NCBI GenBank assembly: GCA_965203055.1 | Contig: OZ241863.1 | Span: 1,216,001 to 1,280,000 of the forward strand | Reading direction: 5' to 3' | From: Spirochaetia bacterium | GTDB taxonomy: Bacteria > Spirochaetota > Spirochaetia > SZUA-6 > Bin103 | DNA: 64,000 nt | In this document: positions 46,314 through 57,728 of the stretch, piece after piece | Numbering within the stretch: position 1 is the stretch's first letter | How the letters are laid out: each line of letters starts with the position of its first letter | Notes under the pieces: model-generated | What the model was told of the DNA's origin: nothing | The model's database searches: none | Seen by the model: the letters and a program-made list of their open reading frames with translations, nothing else | Made by a program: the position numbers and the translations under genes

Positions 46314-47372
46314 ATGCGGTGGGCGCGGCGCGCCGCGGCGCTGGCGGCGCTGGGCGGCGCATTGGCCGCGGCTCCCGCGGCGGTGGCGGATTCGGGCGCC
46401 TTTGCGCCCGGCGAGCACGTGGATCTGCTCGACCTGGTCGACGAGGTGGGGGCCGTGCTGGAGTGGAACCCGGTCCGCCAGATGGGGGTATTGGCCTCCG
46501 ACCGCCACCGGGTGGCGCTGCGGGTCGGCACCCCGTGGGTGCTGGTCGACCGCGCCAAGCCGCTGTTCGTCGGGCACGTCGTGCGCAGCGCGGGCGCGGT
46601 ACTGCTGACGGCGCCCGGCGCGGAGGAGTTGCGCCAACTGTTGCGCCCCGCGGACGCCGCTCCGGTGCACCGCATTGGCGCCATCCTGATCGATCCCGGC
46701 CATGGCGGGAGGGATCCCGGCGCCATCGCCACCCACCGCTTCGACGACCATACCCTCGCGCTGCGCGAAAAGGAGATCGTGCTGGAGACCAGCCTGGCGC
46801 TGCACCGGCTGCTCAGCGCGCGCTATCCGAACAAGCGCGTGGTGCTGTCGCGCAGCGACGACCGCTATCTGTCCCTGGAGCAGCGTACCGATCTGGCCAA
46901 CGGCTTGCTGCGGGATACCGGCGCCGCGGTGATCTTCATCTCGATTCACGCCAACGCCTCGCTCAGCAAGGTGGCGCGCGGCTTCGAGGTGTGGTACCTG
47001 CCCGATGACTATCGGCGGGAGGTGATTCTGCCCGGCAGCTCCGCCGCCGAGTCGCCGGAGTTGGCGCCGATCCTCAACACGGTGCAGGAAGAGGAGTTCA
47101 CCCGCGACTCGCAACTTCTGGCGCAGAGCATCGTCGATCACTTTCAGCACCGGGTCGGCGACCGCAGCCTCAACCGCGGCGTGCGCGAGGAGTCGTGGTT
47201 CGTGGTGCGCAACGCCAAGATGCCGGCGGTGTTGATCGAGCTGGGCTTTGCCACCAACGAGCGGGAAGCGAAGTTGCTCGCCGACCCCGGCTACTTGCAG
47301 ACGCTGGCCGAGGCGATCTACAGTGCGGTGACGGCGTTCGTAACCGTGTTCGAGGAGACCGAAACCGAATGA
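46314..47372 (+). CDS. N-acetylmuramoyl-L-alanine amidase (Amidase_3)
   Basis: IDPGHGGRDPGA, EKEIVL, FISIHAN and PAVLIELGF. Confidence 0.92.
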   Translation: MRWARRAAALAALGGALAAAPAAVADSGAFAPGEHVDLLDLVDEVGAVLEWNPVRQMGVLASDRHRVALRVGTPWVLVDRAKPLFVGHVVRSAGAVLLTAPGAEELRQLLRPADAAPVHRIGAILIDPGHGGRDPGAIATHRFDDHTLALREKEIVLETSLALHRLLSARYPNKRVVLSRSDDRYLSLEQRTDLANGLLRDTGAAVIFISIHANASLSKVARGFEVWYLPDDYRREVILPGSSAAESPELAPILNTVQEEEFTRDSQLLAQSIVDHFQHRVGDRSLNRGVREESWFVVRNAKMPAVLIELGFATNEREAKLLADPGYLQTLAEAIYSAVTAFVTVFEETETE

Positions 47373-47902
47373 GCGACCAGCGCGCCGCGCCCGCTCCGCA
47401 TGCCCGCCGCCGCGCGGCCGCGCTGATTGCGGCCGCGCTGTGGGTAGCGGCGCTTGGCTACAGCCTGTTCATGGCGCAGCCGTCCATCACGGGCCGGGAA
47501 CGGCGGGTGCTGTTCTTTCCCGCGCTTTCGGGCGGCGGCGGCGCCTTGCGGTTGATCGGTGAGGTGCGCTACGTGCCCTACCGGGCCGCCGCCGGCGCCG
47601 ACCTGCGCACGCTGCTGGAGGAGACGATTCTGGGGCCCGCCGATCACCGCGCCCACCGGCTGCTGCCGCGCGCGCTGGAGGTGATATCGGCGCACGTGCG
47701 CGGCGGTACCGCGTACGTCAACCTGTCGCGCCACGTGTGGTTCGGAGCGACGCCGGTGCCCAGTACCGGCGCGGAACGGATTCAGGCGCTGACCGCGGCC
47801 ATTCGCTACAACTTCCCCGAATTGCAGGAGGTACGCATGCTGATCGAAGGCCAGGAGCCGCGCGCCGCGGCCGCCGCTGCCGGCGGAGGAACCGGTGGCT
47901 GA
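47369..47902 (+). CDS. GerMN domain protein
   Basis: N-terminal membrane anchor, ILGP, AYVNLS and NFP...V..LIEG; ATGA-coupled to the amidase. Confidence 0.75.
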   Translation: MSDQRAAPAPHARRRAAALIAAALWVAALGYSLFMAQPSITGRERRVLFFPALSGGGGALRLIGEVRYVPYRAAAGADLRTLLEETILGPADHRAHRLLPRALEVISAHVRGGTAYVNLSRHVWFGATPVPSTGAERIQALTAAIRYNFPELQEVRMLIEGQEPRAAAAAAGGGTGG

Positions 47903-48185
47903 GCCCCTCGCCGCCGGGCAACTGCGCGCCGCGCTGGCCAACCTGCCGGGCTGGGAGGCGGACGGTGACGCGATCACCAAGACCTATGCCTTCTCCCACT
48001 TTCGGGAAGCGGTCTCCTTCATCGTGCGCATCGCGTTTGCCGCCGAGGCGGCCAACCACCATCCCGAGTTGTGGAACGTCTACCAGCGGGTGCGCGTTAC
48101 CCTGGCCACCCACGACGCCGGCAACCGGGTAACCGCCAAGGACGTCGCCCTGGCGCAGGAAATCGAACGCATCGCCTGGGTCTAG
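47895..48185 (+). CDS. Pterin-4-alpha-carbinolamine dehydratase
   Basis: AEAANHHPE and THDAG..VT.KD. Confidence 0.92.
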   Translation: MAEPLAAGQLRAALANLPGWEADGDAITKTYAFSHFREAVSFIVRIAFAAEAANHHPELWNVYQRVRVTLATHDAGNRVTAKDVALAQEIERIAWV

Positions 48186-48258
48186 CCGGCGCCTCGGCGT
48201 AGCGACCGAACCCAACCAGGCTGCCGCAGGCTTGCCGGGGGCGCGCCAAGCTCATAGG

Positions 48259-48981
48259 ATGGCGCCGATGACCGCCGCGCAGCAACGAGAGTTCTTTCAG
48301 CGTCACGGGTATCTCATCGTGGAAGGCCATCTGCCGCCGCCGCGGCTGGCCGCGGTGCGCGCGGCGGTGGAGGAACTCTACGCCGGCGAAGGGCCTCGCG
48401 CCGGCTGGGAGCAGCCCGCGGTGGCGCCGTTCGTGCGCCGGCTCTGCAACCTGTTCAGCAAGGGTGATCGGTTCGTCGAGCTGGCCACCGATCCGTTGGC
48501 GTTGGAGTACGCCGAGCTGGTGATCGGCCGACCGGTGCGCTGGCACGCCATGAATGCCCACGATCCCCTGCCCGGTCACCGGCACGCGCACCAGGCGATT
48601 CACGCCGACCGCCAGAGCTGGCCGCAGACTCCCGCGTACTTCAACGTCCTGTGGGCGCTGGACGACATCACCGCCGAGAACGGAGCGACCCGGCTGGTGC
48701 CCGGTTCCCACCGGCGTCCGTTTCCTCCCGCGGTCCTGGACGATCCGCTGGCTCCGGTGGAGGGCGAGGTGCTGGCGGTCTGCCCCGCCGGCTCGGCGAT
48801 CATGCTGCACGGCGACACCTGGCACGGCGCCCGCGCGAATTACAGCGCCGGACCGCGCCGCCTGCTGCATCTGGGATACGCCGCCTCCGGGACGCCGCCC
48901 CAATACGAGATCGGCGCTACGCTGGCGCCGGAGCTGCGCCGCCGACTGGCGCCGCTGGCCGACCGCCTGGAGCTGCCGTGA
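48259..48981 (+). CDS. Phytanoyl-CoA dioxygenase (PhyH) family protein
   Basis: QAIHAD, WALDD.T.ENGAT..VPGSH, WHG and R. Confidence 0.88.
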   Translation: MAPMTAAQQREFFQRHGYLIVEGHLPPPRLAAVRAAVEELYAGEGPRAGWEQPAVAPFVRRLCNLFSKGDRFVELATDPLALEYAELVIGRPVRWHAMNAHDPLPGHRHAHQAIHADRQSWPQTPAYFNVLWALDDITAENGATRLVPGSHRRPFPPAVLDDPLAPVEGEVLAVCPAGSAIMLHGDTWHGARANYSAGPRRLLHLGYAASGTPPQYEIGATLAPELRRRLAPLADRLELP

Positions 48982-49012
48982 CCGCTTCCGGGACGCCGCC
49001 GGGACGCCTCCG

Positions 49013-50107
49013 GTGAGCCTCGCTACCCTGATTCTGGCCGGCGGCAGCGGCACGCGGCTGTGGCCCGCCTCGCGCGCCGCCGCGCCCAAGCAGTACCTGA
49101 GCTTCGACGGCGGCCCCAGCTACCTGCAGCAGGCCGTGCTGCGCGCGCGGGCGGCCGCGTCCGACCTGATCGTGGTGGTAACCGGCGAAGATCAGTTGCC
49201 GGCGGTGGCGGCGCAGTGCGCGGCCCCGGAGACCGCGGCCGCCGCGGCCAACGACGCGCCCTGCTACCTCCTCGGCGAGCCGGCGGCGCGCAACACCGGT
49301 CCCGCGGTAGCGCTCGGCGCGCGCTTCGTGGCCCAGCTCCGCCCCTCCGCCGCGGCCGACGCCGCGCTGCTGGTGCTGTCCTCGGACCACGCCATCGCGC
49401 CGCTGGCGGCCTTCACCGCCGACGTGGGCGCCGCGCGGCGGCTGGCGCGGCAGGGCTGGCTGACCACCTTCGGCATCCGCCCCACGCGGCCGGAGACCGG
49501 CTACGGCTACCTGGAACTGGGCGCCGCGTTGGAGGGGGGCTTTCAGGTGGCCGCGTTCCGCGAGAAGCCGGACCGCGCGGCCGCGGCCCGCTTCGTCGCC
49601 GCCGGCGGATTTCTGTGGAACGCCGGCCTGTTCCTGTTTCCGCTGGCGTCGCTGCGCCGCGAGCTGCGCCGCTGCGCGCCGGAGATTGCGCTCCCCCTGG
49701 AGCGCGCGGCAATGCCGGCGCCGGGCGCCGCTCCGGGTTCGGGTTCGGTGGCGGTGGCGCCGAGCGCGGAGCTGCGCGCCGTGTACCGGGAGCTGCCGGC
49801 CATCTCCATCGACTACGCCCTCATGGAGCGCAGCCGGCGGGTGGCCGCGGTGCGCGCTTCGTTTCAGTGGAGCGACGTCGGAAGCTGGGACGAGTTGGCG
49901 CGGATCAGCCGCGGCGACGCGCCCGCGGCCGCGGCCGAAGCGCGCGGCAACGCGGTGTTCAGCGAGCTGCCGGTGGCGCTGGCGGGCGTCGACGACCTGA
50001 TCGTGGTGGTGAAGAACGGCGCGGTGCTGGTCACCCGCAAGGGCCGCACGCAACTGGTGCGCGAGGTCGTGGCCGGGCTGCGCGAGCACCGCCCCGAGCT
50101 GCTCTAG
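49013..50107 (+). CDS. Mannose-1-phosphate guanylyltransferase
   Basis: ILAGGSGTRLWP.SR...PKQ, RNTGPA, SSDH, PETGYGY, REKP and WSDVGSW. Confidence 0.92.
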   Translation: MSLATLILAGGSGTRLWPASRAAAPKQYLSFDGGPSYLQQAVLRARAAASDLIVVVTGEDQLPAVAAQCAAPETAAAAANDAPCYLLGEPAARNTGPAVALGARFVAQLRPSAAADAALLVLSSDHAIAPLAAFTADVGAARRLARQGWLTTFGIRPTRPETGYGYLELGAALEGGFQVAAFREKPDRAAAARFVAAGGFLWNAGLFLFPLASLRRELRRCAPEIALPLERAAMPAPGAAPGSGSVAVAPSAELRAVYRELPAISIDYALMERSRRVAAVRASFQWSDVGSWDELARISRGDAPAAAAEARGNAVFSELPVALAGVDDLIVVVKNGAVLVTRKGRTQLVREVVAGLREHRPELL

Positions 50108-50123
50108 GGAGACCCGCCGCACC

Positions 50124-51425
<1,302 letters not shown>

Positions 51426-51426
51426 T

Positions 51427-51879
51427 CTAGTAGCTGCGGGCGTCTATCTGCTCCTCGCCGGCGCCCTCCACCGCTACGAACACGCGGTTGGGCAGGCACG
51501 CGATCCACTGGCCGGGCCGCGACACGCGGCCGGTCTTGACGCAGATCTGGTTGGCGCACGGGGCGGCCGCCACGAACACGCTGCCGTCGCGCACCACGAC
51601 GCGGTTGTTGCCCAACGGTCCGGGGACCTCCAGCACCTGGTCGGCGTCGGGCCGCAGCAGCCAGGTGGAGTCGGCGGAGGTCACCCTGAAGCGCGGGCGC
51701 CCGCGCTGCGCGCGCAGCACCCAGCGGGTGACGGCGCCGGCCACGCCCGCCGAGCAGAGCAGGGCGGCCAGGTCCAGCGCGCGCAACGGCAGCCAGGCGA
51801 GAAAGCGCCGCCGCTGCGGATCGCGCGGCGCGGCCGAGCCTTCAGGCGGGCGCGCCACGGCCTGCCGGCGGCAGCGCAT
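51427..51879 (-). CDS. NusG domain II-containing protein (start uncertain)
   Basis: GPLG, PCANQICVKTG and IACLPNRV. Confidence 0.8.
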   Translation of the reverse strand: MRCRRQAVARPPEGSAAPRDPQRRRFLAWLPLRALDLAALLCSAGVAGAVTRWVLRAQRGRPRFRVTSADSTWLLRPDADQVLEVPGPLGNNRVVVRDGSVFVAAAPCANQICVKTGRVSRPGQWIACLPNRVFVAVEGAGEEQIDARSY

Positions 51880-51961
51880 GGCCGCGCGCCGCCGCCGGGC
51901 GCGGCATTCTCATGCCCGGCGCGCGGTTGACGCGCCGCGGGCCGCGCCGTATGTATGCCGC

Positions 51962-52453
51962 GTGAGTGTGTATACGCCGATCGTGGGTACCCTGGGCTAC
52001 GTGATCTCGCCCGACCGCCGCCAGACCCTGCTGGTGCACCGCAACGCGCGCGCGGATGACGATCATCTGGGGAAGTACAACGGTCTCGGCGGCAAGATGG
52101 AGCCGGGCGAGGACGTCGCTACCTGCATGCGGCGCGAGATTCGGGAAGAGGCGGGCATCGAGTGCCGCGGCATGCTGCTGCGCGGCACCATCAACTGGAC
52201 CGGGTTCGGGCCGCGCGGAGAAGATTGGCTCGGCTTCATCTTTCGCATCGACCGCTTCACCGGCGAGCCGCGCGCGCGCAACCCGGAGGGGGACCTGGAG
52301 TGGCACCCGATCGACCGGCTCGAGTCGCTGCCGCTGTGGGAGGGCGACCGCTACTTCCTCCCGATGGTGTTCGACGATGACCCGCGCCCGTTTCACGGCT
52401 ACCTGCCCTACGCCAACGACCGCGCCCTCGACTGGCGCTACGTGCGCGCCTGA
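51962..52453 (+). CDS. NUDIX hydrolase, 8-oxo-dGTP diphosphatase-like
   Basis: KYNGLGGKMEPGE...REIREEAG, PEG.L.W and WEGD. Confidence 0.9.
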   Translation: MSVYTPIVGTLGYVISPDRRQTLLVHRNARADDDHLGKYNGLGGKMEPGEDVATCMRREIREEAGIECRGMLLRGTINWTGFGPRGEDWLGFIFRIDRFTGEPRARNPEGDLEWHPIDRLESLPLWEGDRYFLPMVFDDDPRPFHGYLPYANDRALDWRYVRA

Positions 52454-53424
52454 GCGGGCGCGGCAACCGCCTGCATCAGCGCCCGGATGTAGCCCAGGAC
52501 GTATGCCTCGCCGGCCTGGGAATCGGCCCCGGCGTCCAGTTGCGGCACGTGATCCGGCACCACCATGCCGGCGTAGCCCACCTGCGCCAGCGCCGCCATG
52601 ATCCGGTGCATGTCGAGGTAGCCGTTGTCCGGAAAGGTCTCGTGGAAGTCGGGCAGGGGTGAGCTGATGTTGCGGAAGTGCACCTGGAAGATGTGGCCGC
52701 GGCTGCCGAACTCGTAGATGGCGGCGGTGACGTCCTCGCCGCGGCCGTCGGGACCGAACATCTCGGCGAAGCAGCCGACGCAGAACAGGATCCCGGACCA
52801 GGGGCTGTGACCGGAGATCTCCATGGCGCGGCGAAACGCCGCGCGGCTGCTGAACAGCCGCGGCACGCCCTGATGGTCGACCGGCGGGTCGTTGGGGTGC
52901 AATTGCAGGCGCACCCGGTGTTCCTCGGCCACCGGCAGGAGCCGGCGGATGAACGCCGCGTAATTGTCCCACAGCTCGGCGTGGGAGTAGCGCCGCTCAT
53001 AGGCGTCGGGCAGCGCCTGCGCCGCGGCCAGGTGAAACCGGCGCGTGCTGCAGCCGCGCGTCTCGGCGCGGCCGGTGGCGTAGGCGCCGCCGGTGTGCCA
53101 GGCGTAGGTCATGGTGCCGACGCCGGCGCGTCCCAGATCGCGGATGAAGCGCTCGAACAGCGCGATCTCCGCGCCGCTCTCCGGCAGGCCGAGGGCGATC
53201 GGGCGGCAACTGTAGCGGTCCGCCAGCATGATCTCGTGCAGGCCCAGGCCGCCCTCCCGCACGGTATCGCGCACCCGGCAGATGTCGTCGTAGCCGCTGG
53301 CGCTGCTGGGGATGCGCACCTCCACCTTCTCGACGCCCATCTGGCGCAGGAACCGCAGCCGCGCCGGGGTCAGGGTTTCCGGCGTCTGGTGGCTTACGCC
53401 GAGCTGCAGGCTGGAGGCGGTCAT
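52438..53424 (-). CDS. Second mannonate dehydratase (UxuA-like) family protein
   Basis: LQLHPNDPP, VHFRNI, VVPDHVP and GYIRAL. Confidence 0.82.
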   Translation of the reverse strand: MTASSLQLGVSHQTPETLTPARLRFLRQMGVEKVEVRIPSSASGYDDICRVRDTVREGGLGLHEIMLADRYSCRPIALGLPESGAEIALFERFIRDLGRAGVGTMTYAWHTGGAYATGRAETRGCSTRRFHLAAAQALPDAYERRYSHAELWDNYAAFIRRLLPVAEEHRVRLQLHPNDPPVDHQGVPRLFSSRAAFRRAMEISGHSPWSGILFCVGCFAEMFGPDGRGEDVTAAIYEFGSRGHIFQVHFRNISSPLPDFHETFPDNGYLDMHRIMAALAQVGYAGMVVPDHVPQLDAGADSQAGEAYVLGYIRALMQAVAAPAQART

Positions 53425-54239
53425 TCGGGCGCCTGCCATTCCGCCACCGGCGGCGCCCAGGCGCCGATCGCCATCATGCCGCCGTCCACGCACACGTACT
53501 CACCGGTCATGAAGCCGGCGTGCTCGCTGGCCAGGAACACCACCGCCTTGCCGACGTCGTCCGGCCGGCCGAGCCGCCCGAGCGGCTGGTTGCGCGTCCA
53601 GGCCGCCAGCGCCGCGCGCGGGTCGCCGGTGGCGGCCGCGGCCTGCCGCACCAGGGGGGTATCGATGGTGCCCGGGTTCACCGCCAGCACGCGCACGCCG
53701 TGCGCGGCGTAATCGAGCGCCAGTTGCCGGGTCAGGGCCAACAGGCCGCCCTTGCTGGCGGCGTAGGCCGGCACCTTCGGCATCGACTGCAGCCCCTGCA
53801 CGCTGGCCACGTTGATGATCACGCCGCCCCCGCGCCGGCGAATCTCGGGCAGGCAGTACTTGGCCATCAGGAAGTGGCTCTTGAGGTTCACCGCCAGGAT
53901 GCGGTCCCACAGCTCCTCGGAGGTGTCCTCCACCGTGCGGTAGGACTCCGTACTCTGGATGCCGACGTTGTTGATCAGGATGTCGATGCCGCCGAAGCGC
54001 GCCGCGGCTTCGGCGGCGGCGCGCCGGCACTCGCCGGTAACGCCCAGGTCGGCGCCGATGAACTCCGCGCCCGGACCGCGCGCCGCGGCCGCCGCGGCCG
54101 TTGCCGCGCCCTGTTCGGCGTCGGCGTCCACCAGCGCCACGCGCGCCCCGCTGGCGGCGAACTCCAGGGCGATGCCGCGCCCGATGCCGTGCGCGGCGCC
54201 GGTGACCAGCGCCACCCGGCCCGCGTAGTCGATCGTCAT
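53421..54239 (-). CDS. Short-chain dehydrogenase/reductase
   Basis: TGAAHGIG, NNVG, YAASK and PGTIDT. Confidence 0.93.
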   Translation of the reverse strand: MTIDYAGRVALVTGAAHGIGRGIALEFAASGARVALVDADAEQGAATAAAAAARGPGAEFIGADLGVTGECRRAAAEAAARFGGIDILINNVGIQSTESYRTVEDTSEELWDRILAVNLKSHFLMAKYCLPEIRRRGGGVIINVASVQGLQSMPKVPAYAASKGGLLALTRQLALDYAAHGVRVLAVNPGTIDTPLVRQAAAATGDPRAALAAWTRNQPLGRLGRPDDVGKAVVFLASEHAGFMTGEYVCVDGGMMAIGAWAPPVAEWQAPE

Positions 54240-54255
54240 TCCGTCCTGCTCCCTG

Positions 54256-56466
54256 CTACCGGGGCGCGTTGGGAGCGCCCGGGGTGGGGTCGGTCACGGT
54301 GCGGAAGGGGCCGGTGACGTCGGGCACGCGGGCGTAGCTGGTGCCGGCGTCGGACTCTCCCTCCTCCCAGTCGACCTGCGCCTCCAGGCGGCCGTCCGCC
54401 GTCCAGATGCCGAGCTCCTCGTCCCGGCCCAGCGCGAAGCCGGGCCAGCCGTCGCTGTCCAACTCGATCCGCAGCCAGGCGCCCGGTTCGATGATCAGGT
54501 CGGGCGGAAAGGGGGTCCGCTTGCCGCGGTCGGTCAGGTCGTCGGCCACCACGAAGTCGGCCAGCGCCAGCGGCGCCGGCCCGGCGTTGTAGAGCTCGAA
54601 CCAGTCGAGCGGTTCGCCGCGCGCGGCGACTTCGTTGATGACCAGCCCGGCGGCTCCCGGCGCGTCGGTCCGCTCGCCGCCGCCGGCGTCCGCCGCCGCT
54701 TCCGCCACTCCCCAGAGCGTGCCGGAGAAGCGGCCCGTGACGGCCACTCCCGGTTCCGTGCCGGCCGCGTCCAGCTCCAGCCAGCCGCTGGAGATCGGGT
54801 TCAGGTCCTCAGGCTCGCTCGCGCCGGGCGGCACCGACCAGCTCACGCCGCCCACCCCCGGCTCGCCGATGACCGCGCGCGCGCCGTCCGCCACGCGGTC
54901 CGGCGGCAGCCAGGCCGTGACTCCCTCCAGCGTGGCGAAGTCCGCTCCCAGCCGCATGAGGGTGATTACCGCCGCCTGCTCGACGCCCATCTGCGCCGCT
55001 TCTTCGGGGCCCGCCGGGCCGGCGGTGGCGCCCGCCGGCCCGATCGCCTGCTCCGCCCCGTCGAGCAGGTACCGGGTCACCGTCCCGGCCGCGAACGGGT
55101 CGGCGCTCTCCTTGGTGCTCCAGGCGGTCTCGAACCGCAGCTCGAACGAGGTTGGCGCTCCCCAGCACAGGTCCGCGGACACCGGCGGCCACGGCCACTC
55201 CGGCGGCTCCGGTTCCAGGTCGGCCAGGATCGCGGCCCGGCGCTCGCGGATGAAGCGGCGCACGCGGCCGGCGTCGCGGGCCGCCTCGGCGCGCCGTTCG
55301 GGCAGCGCGTGGGCCTGCACGATGGCCGCCATCCGCTCGCTGCGGCGCAGCAGCGCCGCCTCGTCCCAGACCGTGTCGAGCAGTTCCCGCAGGCGCGCCG
55401 CGTACGCCGCGCGCCCCGCCTCGTCCCGGTACAGGCGGTGGGCGATGGCGCCGTGCGCCATCACCGACGGCGGCGACACGAAGTCGTCGAACGGGCTGTC
55501 GGTGGTGGTGAAGGTCTGATCCACGCCCCACGGGATGAACGCGAGCGGTCCGCCCGGCGCGCCGTAGACGTAGAAGTTGTTGCGGTTGCCGGCATAGCCG
55601 TCCCAGTGCCCGACCAGCGCTTCCGCGGCCCAGAAGGTGAGGAACCGGTCGAGGTCGACGCCCGCGGCCAGCGCTTCCCGGCCGGCCGGGGAGGGGTCCT
55701 GCAGCGCGGCGGTGACCGCGTCGATCGCCGACCAGTCGCCGGCGGTCTTCCGTTCGAAGGTGCCGCGGAACCCGGGCCGGAAGTCGCTTACCGTGCCTTC
55801 GTAGAGGGTGCCGGCGGCGTCGGCGCCTGTCCCGTCGGCGTCGGGAAATGCCCGTTCCAGGAGCGACCCCTCGACGTCCTCGACCTGCACGTAGAGGCCG
55901 AGCCGCTCGCCGTTTACGGTCACGCTGGCATAGTTGCAGCGCGGCGCCGGCAGCCCGGCCGCGGCGAACACCTGGTAGGCCAGGCAGGTGTTGAGCATCG
56001 ACGGGTCCTGCACGCTGTTGTTCAAGGTGACGCGCTCCAGCGCGCCGCCGAGCGCCTGACCGTCCAGGTACTTGTCGAAGCGGAGCTTGAGCGACGGTTT
56101 CTCAGAGCTGAGCGAGCCGAGAAACCCCTTCTTGCGCACGCCGACCTCGCCGTAGCGCACGCCGTCTACCGTGACGTCCGCCGAAAACCAGGAAAAGATC
56201 TGGGCGAACGGCCGGGCAAGGCATTCGGTGCCGCCGAACAGGTCCGCCATGGTGCGCGTCTGCCGGCGCAGCCGGTCCCAGTCCGCGGGCGGCAGCTCCA
56301 CGGCCACGTCGAGCACGTGGTCGAGCGCGAACCAGTGATCGCCGGCATCGCCGCGATCGCCGGCGGCGTCCTGCGCTGCGGCCGGCACGTGCGCCGCCAG
56401 CAGCAGCGCGCCGGACAGCGCGGCGCGCAACGCGCTCGCTCGAGGAACCCGCGGTCGCTCAGGCAT
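54256..56466 (-). CDS. Secreted CotH kinase-family protein plus C-terminal lamin-tail domain
   Basis: VGVRKKG, KPSLKL, GLYVQVE, HWDGY, NNFY and PWGVD; lamin-tail motifs VINEV..DWFELYN and TPGAPN. Confidence 0.85.
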   Translation of the reverse strand: MPERPRVPRASALRAALSGALLLAAHVPAAAQDAAGDRGDAGDHWFALDHVLDVAVELPPADWDRLRRQTRTMADLFGGTECLARPFAQIFSWFSADVTVDGVRYGEVGVRKKGFLGSLSSEKPSLKLRFDKYLDGQALGGALERVTLNNSVQDPSMLNTCLAYQVFAAAGLPAPRCNYASVTVNGERLGLYVQVEDVEGSLLERAFPDADGTGADAAGTLYEGTVSDFRPGFRGTFERKTAGDWSAIDAVTAALQDPSPAGREALAAGVDLDRFLTFWAAEALVGHWDGYAGNRNNFYVYGAPGGPLAFIPWGVDQTFTTTDSPFDDFVSPPSVMAHGAIAHRLYRDEAGRAAYAARLRELLDTVWDEAALLRRSERMAAIVQAHALPERRAEAARDAGRVRRFIRERRAAILADLEPEPPEWPWPPVSADLCWGAPTSFELRFETAWSTKESADPFAAGTVTRYLLDGAEQAIGPAGATAGPAGPEEAAQMGVEQAAVITLMRLGADFATLEGVTAWLPPDRVADGARAVIGEPGVGGVSWSVPPGASEPEDLNPISSGWLELDAAGTEPGVAVTGRFSGTLWGVAEAAADAGGGERTDAPGAAGLVINEVAARGEPLDWFELYNAGPAPLALADFVVADDLTDRGKRTPFPPDLIIEPGAWLRIELDSDGWPGFALGRDEELGIWTADGRLEAQVDWEEGESDAGTSYARVPDVTGPFRTVTDPTPGAPNAPR

Positions 56467-56524
56467 CTTTTCAGAGAACCTCCTTACCCAGGTTCCAGCA
56501 TCGCACGAACCGCCCGCTCGCGTC

Positions 56525-56757
56525 TCGCCGCCGGCGCCGGACCCGGAGGCGTGGCGGAGCTGGTGGAGCAGCGTCCGGCAAGAGCAGCCGGCAGGTGATG
56601 CAGTTGCTGGCCGAGGCGGACCCGGAGCTGGCGGCGCCGGCGGAGCGGGTGCGGCCCCCGGGCGCCGGCCAAAGGCGCCGAGCAAACTTCGGCGCCGAAG
56701 ACGCAGGCGGCCTCGGCTCGCGGCGCTGCCCCGGCAGCGAAGCAGGAGGCCGGCGCG
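56525..56757 (+). repeat. Internally deleted fragment of the HNH-nuclease element
   Basis: Matches ~36925-37060 joined to ~37247-37342, including the palindrome at 56687-56700. Confidence 0.8.
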
Positions 56758-56763
56758 CAGGGA

Positions 56764-57345
56764 CTATTGGCGGGGCGCGGTCTGCTCCGTGCCGTTGGCG
56801 TCGCGCTTGAGGGTGCGGTAGGTGGACTCGTCGATGCCGGTGGCGGAGTGGATTACCGGCCACCCGATCCCGGCCCGCAGGAGCCCGTCGATGGTCTCCA
56901 ACCGGCCTTCCAGGCGACCCTTCAACTCGCCTTCCCGGCGGCCTTCTTGGCGGAGCTCAGCTTCCCAGCGATCGATCTTCTCTAACAGCATTGCGCTTGT
57001 CTCCTTGTAGTCGCGAATCGACGGCAACTCCACGCCCCACTTTTCACCCAAGGCTCCCAGCCACAGGTCGAAACTCTTCGTCAGTTCCGGCTCGTCCTCT
57101 GCCGCGAGCCACTGTCCCAACTCCCGCACCCGCTCCGCCAGCTCCACGGCGCGCCGGCTGCGCTCCACTTCCGCCATCCAGGTTATCAGGTTCGGGCGCG
57201 GCAGGTCTTCCGCTGCCAGCGCTACCAGATCAACCACGTCATAGCTCAGCGCGAGATGCGCGGGGCCGTCGTGTTCCAGACTCGTCGGCACCAGCTCCGC
57301 CAGCGACTGCGGAGCGTCCCAGCGGGTCGCGCCGTTGTACGTTCT
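56764..57345 (-). pseudogene. 3' fragment of an Rpn/YhgA-like recombination-promoting nuclease
   Basis: YNGATRWDAP.SL.ELV, an ML.EKI..W...EGR.EG tail and I..ATG; the N-terminal nuclease domain is absent. Confidence 0.65.
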
Positions 57346-57433
57346 CTGACCCCTACAACGGCGCGGCGTCGGCCGCGCTTTGCATTGGCGGCGCGGCGCG
57401 TTCGCCGTGGTGGACGCGCCTCCGGCCCGGCGG

Positions 57434-57496
57434 CAGGGACTATTGGCGGGCGCGGTCTGCTCCGTGCCGCGGGCGGCGCGTTGGAGGGTGCGGTAG
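57434..57496 (-). repeat. Second copy of the Rpn-like 3' end (direct repeat of ~56758-56821)
   Basis: cagggactattggcggg(g)cgcggtctgctccgtgccg...gagggtgcggtag occurs twice. Confidence 0.75.
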
Positions 57497-57522
57497 ATAC
57501 GCTGGCCCGGCGGACCGGCGCA

Positions 57523-57693
57523 TGCTATGGTGTGGCCGCCTGGAGGAATTTGCCATGCCAAGGAGTACGAGGAGCTGGCGGAGCCCCGGAGCAGGAGTGG
57601 GAGCAGGCGAAACAGGCGCGCCAGGCGGCGGAAGCGCGTGTGGCCGAACTCGAGGCGTTGCTAGGCCGCAGGCCCGACGTCGAGAACCGATAG
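57523..57693 (+). pseudogene. Remnant of a Uma2-like gene (promoter/RBS/ATG joined out of frame to the tail)
   Basis: TGCTATGGT, GGAGGA and ATG 57555; tail ARQAAEARVAELEALL like 12446..13204. Confidence 0.55.
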
Positions 57694-57728
57694 AGGTGGT
57701 TCGAGCCAAGCCAGGCTGAAGGGAGGCG

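Noticed and set aside
51927..51955. TTGACG-N17-TATGTA promoter for the NUDIX gene
   Set aside because: The -10 lacks the conserved final T, so it is too weak to call.
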